From: a bacterium
GTDB taxonomy: Bacteria; Patescibacteriota; Minisyncoccia; Phycocordibacterales; UBA918
Reading direction: 5' to 3'
Assembly: GCA_030430425.1 (NCBI GenBank)
Contig: JAUIFS010000001.1
Coordinates: forward strand, 5,992-69,991
DNA: 64,000 nucleotides
The notes below the pieces were generated by a model, which was not told where the DNA came from, made no database searches, and worked only from the letters and a program-made list of their open reading frames with translations. The stretch's first letter is position 1. Every line of letters starts with the position of its first letter. Of the stretch, positions 44,408 to 54,567 are shown one piece after another. A program made the translations under genes and the position numbers.

Positions 44408-44665
44408 AATGCAAAAGATTTTAGCATAATGTGCCTATAATACAATACTTTTGTATATACAAAGTAAAAGAACCCCGGCTGAGGGTTCTTTTACAAAAAT
44501 GTGTGATGGGAAATAGCGCAGAATTGCTCTATGTATTTCCACATAGCGTAATACCTCCGCTACATGTGTAAGTATAGCACACGTGCAGAATCTCCATGTG
44601 GATAGAAACGGGGATAGAAAAAACAGCGTGCATGCACGCTGTTTTTTCTGTAGTGGGAAATAGAT

Positions 44666-44938
44666 TTATTTCACCGCGTCCTTCAGAGCCTTTGCTGCTC
44701 GGAACTTTGGTACGCGCATAGCTGGAACTTCAATAGGTTCACCTGTGCGTGGGTTTCGAGCTGTGCGAGCGTTTCGCATTTTAGCTGAGAAAATACCAAG
44801 TCCTGCGATTGATACTTCTTGACCATCTTTTAGCGTTTCAACGATTGAAGTCATAACAACTTCTACCGCTCGTTCTGCGTCGGCCTTAGTAATACCTAGC
44901 TCTTCGTGGATCTTGTTAATGATGTCTGCCTTATTCAT
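44666..44938 (-). CDS. hup: HU-family DNA-binding protein
   Basis: MNKADIINKIHEELGITKADAERAVE...GLGIFSAKMRNARTARNPRTGEPIEVPAMRVPKFRAAKALKDAV; about 90 aa. Start trimmed to MNKADII. Confidence 0.9.
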   Translation of the reverse strand: MNKADIINKIHEELGITKADAERAVEVVMTSIVETLKDGQEVSIAGLGIFSAKMRNARTARNPRTGEPIEVPAMRVPKFRAAKALKDAVK

Positions 44939-45110
44939 ATTGTTTTTCTGAATAGTAACTACTGGCGAATAAACATTTTGTGATGGCGCTACACCATGCA
45001 CGGTGCCCTAATGGCTTGTAAAACATTATATAGCAACATATTTACCATGCAACGACTTGTAAAGCAGTATTTGTGTGTTGTGGTGCTTTCGGGATATTCT
45101 GTATGCTATG

Positions 45111-45947
45111 ATGGCAGGCATGCAAAAAATCGCAATTCAAGGGATCAAAGGTGCATTTCATCATGAAGCAGCGCAAAAACTCATTGACGGTGAGGTGCTT
45201 GAGTGTGTCACGTTTCAAGATGTGTTCGATGCTGTTATCGCTGCAAAGGCTGCATACGGCATTGTTGCGATTGAAAATAGTATTCATGGTTCTATAAACC
45301 ACGTATATCGCCTGCTACAGCGCCACAACCTTTGGATTGCAGGTGAGACCACACTCAGTATTGAGCAGTACCTCATTGGTCCACAAGAAATTGCCGTTTC
45401 TGAACTCAATACACCCGAAGCAGAGGTGCGCACCATGTTTCCTGCCTTTGCACAGTGTGAGCTATGGCTTGAGGAGCATTTGCCGCTTACCAAGCGTGTG
45501 GAGCTCTATGACACTGCGTTTAGTGTACAGAGTGTCGTCGACGAAGGTGAACCGTTGACGGTGGCTATTGGAGGGAAGTATGCGGCTAAAGTATATGGTG
45601 GAAAGATTATTGAAGGACCAATTAATGATGATCCACACAACTACACACGCTTTATTCTCCTTACCAAAGAACGGCAGGATGCTCCCGATGCAAACCGCAC
45701 GTCGATCATCCTTACTACTGGTCACTCTGAAGGTGCGCTGTATCGTGCACTTGGAGCATTTGCAAACGCAAAGATAAACCTCTCAAAACTAGATAGCCAT
45801 CCCATCCAGTCTGACACTCGCCACTATTCTTTTTATATAGACCTTGAAGCAGGTGTTGCTGACCCGGCAGTACGTCAGGCATTTGATGAGATCCGTGCAA
45901 CAGGGTGCGAGATAAAAACACTCGGTAGTTATAGGGTGGAAGAGTAG
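45111..45947 (+). CDS. pheA: prephenate dehydratase with C-terminal ACT domain
   Basis: KIAIQGIKGAFHHEAA N-terminus, TRF motif (NYTRFILL), and an ACT domain (SIILTTGHSEGALYRALGAFAN). Start at internal Met; 45120 also possible. Confidence 0.85.
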   Translation: MAGMQKIAIQGIKGAFHHEAAQKLIDGEVLECVTFQDVFDAVIAAKAAYGIVAIENSIHGSINHVYRLLQRHNLWIAGETTLSIEQYLIGPQEIAVSELNTPEAEVRTMFPAFAQCELWLEEHLPLTKRVELYDTAFSVQSVVDEGEPLTVAIGGKYAAKVYGGKIIEGPINDDPHNYTRFILLTKERQDAPDANRTSIILTTGHSEGALYRALGAFANAKINLSKLDSHPIQSDTRHYSFYIDLEAGVADPAVRQAFDEIRATGCEIKTLGSYRVEE

Positions 45948-45960
45948 GGGACACATAAGA

Positions 45961-45992
45961 AAAGCCTGATTCATTTTAAACCAGGCTTTTTG
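45961..45992 (+). terminator. hairpin agcctg-attcattttaaac-caggct plus ttttt
   Basis: After pheA. Confidence 0.55.
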
Positions 45993-46208
45993 TGAGCTTT
46001 GAAGCGATACCCGCGACCGTCGCGACCAATTGGTCGGGGCGAATTTTTTTGTACTTAGGATCCCTATTATCTTGATTTTGAATAATGTGTATCGTTATTC
46101 TAATTTCAAAGCATAACGAGGTAGATAAGAAAAATAGCACAAGGCGTATAATTGCATACGACGAGTGCTATTTTTTGTATTCTAACGAAGTTAGGCGAAG
46201 AAATTAGA

Positions 46209-47747
46209 TTAACGAGCGTAGGAAATTACGCGGGTTTCTCTGATTACATGCACCTTAATCTCTCCTGGGTACCGAAGCTGGGCTTCGATGTTGCCAGCAA
46301 TGGTGCGTGCAAGTGCGTTTGCTTGCACGTCTGTCAGTTCCTCTGGGTTCACCATGACACGGATCTCTCGCCCTGCTGAGATTGCAAACGCCTTCTGTAC
46401 CCCCACAAGGTCAGTGGCGATTGCTTCAAGCTCCGTTAGTCGTTTGATGTAGTTTTCAATAGAATCGCGTCGTGCGCCTGGTCGGGCCCCAGAGATAGAG
46501 TCAGCAACTTGTACGATGATCGACTCAGGTGTTTCGTACGGATACTCTTCGTGGTGGGCACGCATCGCGAGGATGACCTTCTCATCAACACCATACTTCT
46601 GGAGAATACGAATACCGATCTCAACATGTGTTCCTTGCACCTCATGACTGATGGTTTTTCCGATGTCGTGCAACAGTGCTCCAGCACGCGCAACGGCAAC
46701 GTCAGCTCCCGTTTCTTCTGCAATGATTGCGGCGATGCTTGCCATTTCAACTGAGTGCCAGAGTACATTTTGTCCATAGCTCGTACGGAAGTGGAGCCGT
46801 CCGAGAATGGTAAGAAGATCAGGGTGGAGGTTTTGTACACCGGCTTCAAACGCTGCCTTTTCTCCCATCTTACGGATGGTGCTCGCAACTTCGCTGCGTG
46901 CTTTTTCGATAGCTTCTTCGATCTTCGCAGGCTGAATTCGTCCGTCTTTCAAAAGTGTTTCAAGTGCTACCCGAGCAATCTCGCGACGAATAGGGTCAAA
47001 GGAAGAAAGGGTGATGTACCCTGGTGTATCGTCGATAAGTACATCAACTCCGGTGAGTCGCTCAAACGTGCGTACGTTTCGACCTTCTTTACCAATCACT
47101 TTCCCTTTCAGGTCGTCACTGGGGAGCTCGACATTTGAAGTCATGATGTTTGTCGGCATGTTGTTCCCTTGCCGGTGAATTGCTGCAAGGAGAATGTTTT
47201 GTGCTTGCGCTTCAAACGCTTCTTCTCCCATCATGGAAAGCTTTTGAATGCGTTTTGTAAGATCTTCTGCACGCTCGGTCTCCATGCGTGCAATTACTTG
47301 GTTGTATGCATCTTCTTGTGTAAGTCCGGCAACTTCTTCTAGTTTTGTATCAAGTTCACCTTTTCGTGCATCAAGACGTGCCTTGAGCTCTTTTACTTGG
47401 TCAATCTTGTCTCGAACAGCTTCTTTTTCAGAATCGAGTGTGATCTGACGATCATCAAGAAGCTCCTCCTTTTTTTCAAGTCGGTCTTCTTTGTGTTTGA
47501 TTTTTTCTTCTCGGTCTTTTTGGTCTATTTTTGCTTCAGCTTCAATTTTTTCTGCTTTTGCTTCAGCCTTTTCAATAATTTTTAGTGCTTTTTCTTCTGC
47601 TTCGAGTTCTTTTTCTTTAATAGCAAGTTCTACCGACGACTTCTTTGAAAGTGCGTGTAGGTATCGCAGGTAGTATCCAGAACCTATGCCGAAGAAAAGT
47701 GCAGCAGCTACTGCTCCAAGGAGCATCATAGGGGGCATTGGGGGCAT
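46209..47747 (-). CDS. rny: ribonuclease Y
   Basis: N-terminal TM, long coiled-coil, KH domain (GKVIGKEGRNVR), HD domain (LLHDIGK...). 512 aa. Confidence 0.9.
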   Translation of the reverse strand: MPPMPPMMLLGAVAAALFFGIGSGYYLRYLHALSKKSSVELAIKEKELEAEEKALKIIEKAEAKAEKIEAEAKIDQKDREEKIKHKEDRLEKKEELLDDRQITLDSEKEAVRDKIDQVKELKARLDARKGELDTKLEEVAGLTQEDAYNQVIARMETERAEDLTKRIQKLSMMGEEAFEAQAQNILLAAIHRQGNNMPTNIMTSNVELPSDDLKGKVIGKEGRNVRTFERLTGVDVLIDDTPGYITLSSFDPIRREIARVALETLLKDGRIQPAKIEEAIEKARSEVASTIRKMGEKAAFEAGVQNLHPDLLTILGRLHFRTSYGQNVLWHSVEMASIAAIIAEETGADVAVARAGALLHDIGKTISHEVQGTHVEIGIRILQKYGVDEKVILAMRAHHEEYPYETPESIIVQVADSISGARPGARRDSIENYIKRLTELEAIATDLVGVQKAFAISAGREIRVMVNPEELTDVQANALARTIAGNIEAQLRYPGEIKVHVIRETRVISYAR

Positions 47748-47896
47748 AGTATGTGGTTGTTATACATATAATCATTTCGTCCGTGACGGGCATGTCTATC
47801 GTTGCAGTCATTAGAAAACATAGCAGAATTCTGCGTATGTGTCGACAAAAGTGTATGTAATTGCTAATGTACGAATAGGAAAAGAGGGAGTACCAT

Positions 47897-48103
47897 ATGT
47901 CTAAGCTCGAACTGTTAATTCGTATCATTGCAAGTCTGGTGTTTCTTATAGGACCGTTGTTTTTACTTTGGGGGCTTTTCTCTTCAGGATTGCAGACCGA
48001 ACAACCTCTTGTTCTTGAGATAGCCATCAGCACTATGCATGCAGTGATTATCACATCTGCAATACTAGTTTTGCAGTACCTGATATGGACAGAACCGTTG
48101 TAA
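47897..48103 (+). CDS. small two-helix membrane protein (68 aa)
   Basis: SD aagagggag upstream; two hydrophobic helices; followed by the terminator at 48105. Confidence 0.45.
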   Translation: MSKLELLIRIIASLVFLIGPLFLLWGLFSSGLQTEQPLVLEIAISTMHAVIITSAILVLQYLIWTEPL

Positions 48104-48104
48104 T

Positions 48105-48134
48105 AAAAAGCTCGCCATCTTGGCGAGCTTTTTC
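48105..48134. terminator. hairpin aaaaagctcgcc-atct-tggcgagcttttt
   Basis: Between the small ORF (+) and clpP (-). Confidence 0.8.
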
Positions 48135-48147
48135 TATGTTGGAATTG

Positions 48148-48756
48148 TTAGTTATATATCACATCTACTAAGCCGTATTTCTTAGCTTCATCTGCATCCA
48201 TGAAGAAGTCACGATCGACATCCTTCTCAATAACTGAGAGTGCTTTGCCGGTTGCCTTTGCAAGCATCTTGTTTAGTCGTGTGCGTGTCTTCAGGATATG
48301 CTTTGCTGTAATGTCGATATCTGACGCTTGTCCGTAGGCGCCACCACTTGGCTGATGAATCATCACTTCTGCGTTTGGCAGAATTGCTCGTTTTCCTTTT
48401 GCACCCTGCGAGAGAATGAGGGACCCCATAGAAGCTGCCATTCCGGTACACACGGTCGCAACGTCTGGCTTTATGTGATGCATGGTGTCGATGATCGAAA
48501 GTCCTGCGGTCACGCTCCCTCCTGGTGAGTTTACATAAATAAAAATGTCCTTCTTTGGGTCTTCTGCTTCAAGAAAGAGAAGTTGTGCAACCACCAGGTT
48601 CGCCATATGGTCTTCAATCGGACCGGTGACAAAAATAATACGCTCTTTAAGAAGTCGTGAGTAGATATCGAATGCTCGTTCACCTCCTTGCGTCTTTTCA
48701 ATTACCATTGGCACAAGTTGTGCCTGCTCTGTATGTTGTGATTTTTCCATAGTCAA
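48148..48756 (-). CDS. clpP: ATP-dependent Clp protease proteolytic subunit
   Basis: Catalytic Ser/His/Asp contexts [12 protein letters not shown] and MIHQPSGG; 202 aa. Confidence 0.95.
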   Translation of the reverse strand: MTMEKSQHTEQAQLVPMVIEKTQGGERAFDIYSRLLKERIIFVTGPIEDHMANLVVAQLLFLEAEDPKKDIFIYVNSPGGSVTAGLSIIDTMHHIKPDVATVCTGMAASMGSLILSQGAKGKRAILPNAEVMIHQPSGGAYGQASDIDITAKHILKTRTRLNKMLAKATGKALSVIEKDVDRDFFMDADEAKKYGLVDVIYN

Positions 48757-48824
48757 AATTTAAATTACATCCGTTTCTGTATGTTGTGTACTGTATCAGA
48801 AAGTAGAGAAGTTGGGAACAAAAC

Positions 48825-48856
48825 AAAAAACCTTTCGATCGATTGAAAGGTTTTTT
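48825..48856. terminator. hairpin aaaaaacctttcgatc-gattgaaaggtttttt
   Basis: Between tig and clpP (both minus strand). Confidence 0.8.
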
Positions 48857-48983
48857 GTCGCCGCTCTGTTTGGCGAAAGTTAAGCAGAGTGCTTTAGACA
48901 CAAGACGCGCAAGGAATTTGGAGCGAGCCTTACTGATGCATAAGGCGAGCTTCAAATTACCGAAGCGCAACACAGATGGAGTA

Positions 48984-50189
48984 TTATGATTGGCTTTCGA
49001 GCATCTGCATCACTGCTTCGTTAGTCATGACTGATGCTACATATACACGTACGCGTGCTTCATCAGCATCTTTGTATTGCTCGAGCAATTGATCAACTTG
49101 TGCGTCCATTGCTGCTTGGTCAGGCTTCACGTCTTCAACTTTTGCAATTTCGTTGAGGATGAGTTGTAGCTGCGCTCGCTTTTCTGCTGCAGGTGTCCAC
49201 TCAGCGGTGAGTTCTTCCTTTGTTTTTTTAATGTGTCCGAGGTAGTCATCCATCTTAAGGTTTGCGCGGGTGAGATCTTCGTTCATTTGCGCGAACATTT
49301 GTTCGATTTCAGAGTCGATGAGGATTTGTGGTAGTACCATCTGCGAAGCCTCGATCACTTTGTCAGTAATCTTTGCTCGATGTGCAGCACCTACTTCTCG
49401 TTCTTTTTCAATAGAGAGGTGTTCACGAACTTTTGCTTTGAAGTCGTCTACAGATTCAAACTGTCCTGGTTGTCCGAGCTCCTTCACAAGGTCATCGGTA
49501 AGCTCAGGGATCTCGTCGTCTGATACTGCTTTTACTTCAGGCTCGTCATGTGCTGGTCCGTCATGCACGGTGCCGTCTGCGTGTGTGTGTGTTTCTTTTT
49601 CTCCTTCTTTTTCTACAGTCTCTGGAGTAGGGAGTTCAGTTGTGTCACCCATATCCGCTTTCTTTTCTGCAGCTTCAGCATTCTTCTTTGCAGCTTCTTG
49701 CATGCGCTCGTACGCAAGTTTTTGTCGGAGGATGTCTTTGATCTGTGTTTCAACCTCTTCATCAGTTACTTCAGCAGAAGCTTTCTCTTTGTTTGCCTCA
49801 GCAGCAATTGCTTTGTAGTCACCAAGTGTGATTTCTGGAATAACTGCAACCGTTGCAGTGAATCCAAGTGGATTATCTTCCGCAATTTTCGTAATCGAAA
49901 GCTTTGGGTATCCAATTGCATCGATCTTGTGATGCTTACATGCTTCTGGGTATGCTTCAGCAATAGCCCGTTCCGCCATTTCGGAAAGAATAGCCATTTC
50001 TCCAACACGCTTTACTACCTCTGTGTCTGGCACGTGACCTTTGCGGAACCCATCAATCTCAATGTCTTTCCCATAGTGTGTAATTGCAGCTGCTTTATGT
50101 TTTGCAAGCTCTGCAAAAGGAATTTCCCCCTCAATTTTTACCTGAGAGTTTTCTTCCTTTGTTACTGTAAAATCTTTAACAAAATCCAT
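48984..50189 (-). CDS. tig: trigger factor with low-complexity acidic insertion
   Basis: N-terminal ribosome-binding domain (MDFVKDFTVTKEENSQVKIEGEIP), GFRKGHVP motif, PPIase-like and C-terminal arms. Includes an inserted E/K/T/H-rich segment. Confidence 0.85.
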   Translation of the reverse strand: MDFVKDFTVTKEENSQVKIEGEIPFAELAKHKAAAITHYGKDIEIDGFRKGHVPDTEVVKRVGEMAILSEMAERAIAEAYPEACKHHKIDAIGYPKLSITKIAEDNPLGFTATVAVIPEITLGDYKAIAAEANKEKASAEVTDEEVETQIKDILRQKLAYERMQEAAKKNAEAAEKKADMGDTTELPTPETVEKEGEKETHTHADGTVHDGPAHDEPEVKAVSDDEIPELTDDLVKELGQPGQFESVDDFKAKVREHLSIEKEREVGAAHRAKITDKVIEASQMVLPQILIDSEIEQMFAQMNEDLTRANLKMDDYLGHIKKTKEELTAEWTPAAEKRAQLQLILNEIAKVEDVKPDQAAMDAQVDQLLEQYKDADEARVRVYVASVMTNEAVMQMLESQS

Positions 50190-50369
50190 ATATATTAACT
50201 AAGAATGTATAAATAAGAATCAAAAATCCAAATGTGAATTAAGAAATAGGTGCTTACGATGTAAGCACCACAAGCGATGGGCATTAAACCATATTGCCGT
50301 TGCTTTTACCAGAGTAAAAAGAAAACCCCACAGAGTCTGCGAGGTTTTATAATAACCTTGTAGTTTGTT

Positions 50370-50750
50370 TTACTCCGATGCCGCATTAATCTCTGCTTCG
50401 ATTGCAGTAATTTCCGCATCAAGATTTGAAAGGTCAGTACTGTCGATGTCTGCTTGGATAGCATTGATCTCGTTAGAGGTGCTGAGTGCTCCCATGGTGT
50501 CAACCTCAGCTTCTGCATTCGTACTCTCAGGTTCGTTGTTTTCTTCTGCAGTCGGTCGTGTATTTGTATGTGTAGAAGAGTCAGTGGTGCTTGTCATAGT
50601 ACTTCCCCAGACATAGAGTCCGCCAAGAATTAAAACAAGGATGACGATAAGGATACCAAGTATCGCGCCGAGGTGTGCAGATTTATCTTGTGTTTGCATT
50701 GAAGAAAAAGATTCTTCAGGCATTTTCATTTTTGTATTATTTTCTTCCAT
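50370..50750 (-). CDS. small membrane-anchored acidic protein (126 aa)
   Basis: One TM (AILGILIVILVLILGGLYVW) followed by a Thr/Glu/Asp-rich tail. Confidence 0.4.
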   Translation of the reverse strand: MEENNTKMKMPEESFSSMQTQDKSAHLGAILGILIVILVLILGGLYVWGSTMTSTTDSSTHTNTRPTAEENNEPESTNAEAEVDTMGALSTSNEINAIQADIDSTDLSNLDAEITAIEAEINAASE

Positions 50751-50786
50751 AATGATTGAACGTTATTTTGAATGGTACCTAACTAT

Positions 50787-51497
50787 TTATTGTGTTTCGA
50801 GTGTTGCTTCGGTAGTTGTGTTGTTTGTTTGAGCTGCGGCAACTGCTTGAGTAAGTGTTGCTACCGAATTTTTAAGTGCACTATGGGCGTTTCTGATATC
50901 TGTAGCAGTGCCAATATATACTGTTTTTGTTTGCTCCCATGCTTCTTTTGGTGCCTCAGAATATGCAACACCATCAATGAGTACGTCGATACCCACAATA
51001 GTGAGTGTTGCATTTTCGATATGTGTTCGTGCCTCTTCAAGTTGTGTACGTGCTTCTGAGGTGTCGATGTTCTCCATTTCAAGCAAGTTTATACGTGCTT
51101 CAGTACGTTCTATAATTTGCATAATCCGTGCGATAGCAGCCTCCATGCGGTTTGAAGTGTTTGCTGAGAGATTACGTATACGGCTTTGTTTTTCTTTCGT
51201 AAGTACAGGCTGCACACCTTCAAAACCATCCTCGATTACAACATCGGTAGATCCTTCAGGGAGTGATTCACCATCTTCTAAATCAAGTATAGGGTCTTCT
51301 GTCTGCAGGTCTTCGGTATAGGATTCGTCCGTTACGTCTTCTTCAGGAAGTATTTCTGAAGCTCTGTCTTGTAATAATTGATAATTTTCTGTTGGAGTAG
51401 TTCCTGTTTCTTGCGCATGTGCAACAAATGCAAGGCTACAGAGTGCAATCAATGCTGCGGCACTGAAAGCTCCTAATGATATATGTGCTGTTTTCAT
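50787..51497 (-). CDS. secreted coiled-coil protein (about 236 aa)
   Basis: Signal peptide MKTAHISLGAFSAAALIALCSLAFVAHAQ; remainder helical and acidic. Start trimmed to the signal-peptide Met. Confidence 0.5.
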   Translation of the reverse strand: MKTAHISLGAFSAAALIALCSLAFVAHAQETGTTPTENYQLLQDRASEILPEEDVTDESYTEDLQTEDPILDLEDGESLPEGSTDVVIEDGFEGVQPVLTKEKQSRIRNLSANTSNRMEAAIARIMQIIERTEARINLLEMENIDTSEARTQLEEARTHIENATLTIVGIDVLIDGVAYSEAPKEAWEQTKTVYIGTATDIRNAHSALKNSVATLTQAVAAAQTNNTTTEATLETQ

Positions 51498-51669
51498 ACT
51501 ATGTATTATCTTAAAAATCCTGAGCATCCCGCTCATTTGTATATAGTATACGTGCATACATAAGTATATTGTTCGTACTATACACAGGGACACAAGGATT
51601 AGTGTACGGACCTAAAAAATACTACGGTATACCGTAGTATTTTTTAGGTGCGTACTAGTCGCAATGTAC

Positions 51670-52590
51670 TTACATTTTTAGTGCAGGCAAGATTTGTTTT
51701 TTACGAGACACAATTCCCGGGAGCACTTCAGTATCGCTCTCGACCGTTACTCCAAACGATGCTTCCACTACTTGTGTAGTCAGATCGTTGTAGGTCAGCA
51801 CAGTTGCTTTTTCGTTGAGAATGTCAACAATGAAGAAGAGTACTTCATCTACATCTTTTTCCTCAGCGATGAGGTCCGCAATAGCTGCAACGATACCGTC
51901 TTTGCGCTCCAATACCGTTTCTGGAGTGGTGGTCTCAAGTACTGATACGCGGAAGTTTTTGTCTCCCACATCGTATTTCTTGCTGTCGAGGGTGATAAGT
52001 CCCTTATCTGAAAATTCTGAAACATCAGACTTTGCCGCAAACATCTTGTCTGCGTACGCAGAGAGATCTATTTCGAGTGTCGCCGCAAGTTTTTCCGCTA
52101 CGTCCTTATCGTGTGGTGTTGTTGTGGGTGATCGAAACGCAAGGGTGTCTGAGAGAATACATGAAAGCATGAGTCCAGCGATTTCGTGCGGCATGGTTGT
52201 CGCCTTTTCGCCCATAAGGTCGTGCATGACGGTGGCAGTACATGCAAGTGGGCGCATGGTAATGTCTACCGGTCCTGCGGTCTCCAAGCCGCCTACAAGC
52301 TTGTGGTGGTCAATGATCTGCAGTACCTGCGCTTCGTTTATGTTTGCCGGAAGTTCCTGGGGGTTATTGGTGTCTACGATTACGACCTGGGCATCTTCTG
52401 CAAGTGTCTCGAGAAGCGCAGGTGCAGTAACGCCCCAGTGATTGAGTACAAATTTTGTTTCTGTATTGAGCTCACCTAAGACAAACGCCTGTGCGTCTGC
52501 TCCGGTGTGTTCGTTTAAATACCACGCCCAGATAAGTGCAGAGCAGGTTGCGTCGGTGTCGGGTGACTTGTGTCCAAAAACGTTGATCAT
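51670..52590 (-). CDS. ppaC: manganese-dependent inorganic pyrophosphatase (family II, DHH-DHHA2)
   Basis: MINVFGHKSPDTDATCSAL, a DHH motif region (IIDHHKL), and C-terminal DHHA2 with GGH-like motifs; 306 aa. Confidence 0.85.
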   Translation of the reverse strand: MINVFGHKSPDTDATCSALIWAWYLNEHTGADAQAFVLGELNTETKFVLNHWGVTAPALLETLAEDAQVVIVDTNNPQELPANINEAQVLQIIDHHKLVGGLETAGPVDITMRPLACTATVMHDLMGEKATTMPHEIAGLMLSCILSDTLAFRSPTTTPHDKDVAEKLAATLEIDLSAYADKMFAAKSDVSEFSDKGLITLDSKKYDVGDKNFRVSVLETTTPETVLERKDGIVAAIADLIAEEKDVDEVLFFIVDILNEKATVLTYNDLTTQVVEASFGVTVESDTEVLPGIVSRKKQILPALKM

Positions 52591-52697
52591 ATTGTTGGTC
52601 TTTAGTTATTAGCTTTTAGCAATTAGGCACCTATCGTACCTCATTCACCACAACTTATGAAGACTTTATAGTATGCACCTTAGACAACAATAGTATA

Positions 52698-52735
52698 CAA
52701 AAGCACGGCGCCCCATGGGGCGCCGTGCTTTTTTG
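52698..52735. terminator. hairpin aaaagcacggcgcccc-atg-gggcgccgtgctttttt
   Basis: Perfect 13-bp GC stem with A/T flanks, between nusA and ppaC. Confidence 0.8.
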
Positions 52736-52752
52736 CCATTTTGTTCGAGATC

Positions 52753-52780
52753 CTTGCGTTATCATTAATGATAACGCAAG
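52753..52780. repeat. 28-nt perfect palindrome cttgcgttatcattaatgataacgcaag (copy 2 of the ttatcattaatgataa core)
   Basis: Same 16-nt core as 19669..19712; lies between the nusA stop and the terminator. Confidence 0.6.
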
Positions 52781-52809
52781 AGAATTGGAAGAGTTTTAGA
52801 GAGAGGTAA

Positions 52810-54315
52810 TTACTCTTTTGTTTCTTCCTCAGCCTCCTCTGCAATCGCTTCACCTTCTGCTTCAGTCTCTTCGGCAGCAGCTTCTTTTTTAGCTTCTTCT
52901 TCTACTTCAGCCATAAGCTCTTCTGCTTCCTCGGGAGTATCAACCTCATCGATTTCCTGCACTTGCTCTTCGTCAGTGAGGTCACGATCTTCTGTCGCTT
53001 CATCTTCTTCCGGAAGTTCTGGTTTTGTGGTGGTTGCGTCTTCGTTCTCGAGTACGTCTGCATCAGCACCAGCTTCGGTAGTTACTGGAGCGATGATTTC
53101 TGACTTTCCATCAGCGTCTGCTTCAGCAAGACCTTCACCTACATGGGAGATAATATCAATCTTCCAACCGGTTAGTTTTGCTGCAAGTCGTACGTTTTGT
53201 CCACCACGACCAATCGCAAGTGATTGCTGGTCAGGCGCGACTTCAACGATAGCGTGCCCACGGTTGTCTTCCCCGTCTTCGTCATCAGTTGGTTCAGACT
53301 CGATAGTTACTGAGAGTACCTGCGCTGGTGAAAGCGCATCCTCGATAAATTCAATTGGGTCTTCTGACCACTCGATGATGTCGATTTTCTCGCCACCAAG
53401 CTCGCTCATGACGGTTGAAACACGTACACCACGTTGTCCTACTAGAGAACCAACAGGGTCAATGTGTTCATCGTGTGCAAATACGGCAACTTTTGAACGA
53501 GCACCAGCTTCACGTGCAATTGCTTTGATCTCTACAATGCCGTTTTGCAGTTCGGGTGTTTCAATCGCAAACAGCCCTTCAAGGAAGTCAGCGTGCGCGC
53601 GTGAGAGTTTTAGGAAAATGCCGCGTGCGGTTTCATCCACCTTCAGGAGTGAAGCACGGATGCGCTCTCCAGGGCGGAATCGTTCTCCAGGAATCTGTTC
53701 ATCATAGGGCATAACTGCAGTGACGCGTCCAAGATCTACATAGAGGTTTCCGCGTTCAAAACGTTGCACGTGTCCAAGGATGATATCTCCTTCTTTTTGT
53801 CCAAACTCAGCGAGTGCTGATTCTTTTTCAGCTTCACGAATTTTCTGAATAATAACCTGCTTAGCAGTCTGTGCTGCGATGCGCCCAAAGTCGTCCTTGC
53901 TTTCAAGGGGGAAGACAAGTTCTTCTCCGAGCTCAACATCTTTTTTGATGAGACGTGCACTATCGATCATGATGTGCTTTTCAGGGTCAAACCGAACCTT
54001 GCCGTCATCGTCTGCCTCTTCTTCTTGCTTTTCAGGAGCGCCTGCAGGAAGTGGCTTTTCTTCAACCTCTTCGTCAGTTTCTTCAGGCTCAGGCTTGAGC
54101 ATTGATTCATCTACGGCAATTTTTATCTGATTGAAAATTGTCGTTCCCGTTGCAATATCAAATTCTGTGCGGATGATTTGTCCACGCTTTCCGTATTCTT
54201 TCTTGTATGCAGTAGCAAGTGCTTGCTCGATAGCATCCATCATTTTCTCGCGTGAAATACCGCGTTCTTCTTCCATTTCTCCGAGTACGGAGTTGATTAC
54301 CTTTAGATCAAACAT
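52810..54315 (-). CDS. nusA: transcription termination/antitermination factor NusA with acidic insertion and long acidic C-terminal tail
   Basis: N-terminal domain MFDLKVINSVLGEMEEERGISREKMMDAIEQALATAYKK; S1 and two KH domains (GRGGQNVRLAAKLTGWKIDI). The tail is an E/A/D-rich run of about 90 aa. Confidence 0.9.
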   Translation of the reverse strand: MFDLKVINSVLGEMEEERGISREKMMDAIEQALATAYKKEYGKRGQIIRTEFDIATGTTIFNQIKIAVDESMLKPEPEETDEEVEEKPLPAGAPEKQEEEADDDGKVRFDPEKHIMIDSARLIKKDVELGEELVFPLESKDDFGRIAAQTAKQVIIQKIREAEKESALAEFGQKEGDIILGHVQRFERGNLYVDLGRVTAVMPYDEQIPGERFRPGERIRASLLKVDETARGIFLKLSRAHADFLEGLFAIETPELQNGIVEIKAIAREAGARSKVAVFAHDEHIDPVGSLVGQRGVRVSTVMSELGGEKIDIIEWSEDPIEFIEDALSPAQVLSVTIESEPTDDEDGEDNRGHAIVEVAPDQQSLAIGRGGQNVRLAAKLTGWKIDIISHVGEGLAEADADGKSEIIAPVTTEAGADADVLENEDATTTKPELPEEDEATEDRDLTDEEQVQEIDEVDTPEEAEELMAEVEEEAKKEAAAEETEAEGEAIAEEAEEETKE

Positions 54316-54567
54316 ATATAAATATCGTGTATGTATAGGGTATTCCCCTTAGTTGTAATACGTCTGGCTTTATAAAAAAGAAAACCGACCGCAGAGGTCG
54401 ATATCAGACACACATATAGTATATCTCTGAGGGAGAACTGTCAATTGAATGAGAAAACCCTTGTTTCTAGGTGTAGAAGAATATAAATAATTGACAAATA
54501 GTATAATACATGCTATTATAATAAATAGTACTGCTTTCACCTGGGGGTCATTTTTTGGAGAAGACCA

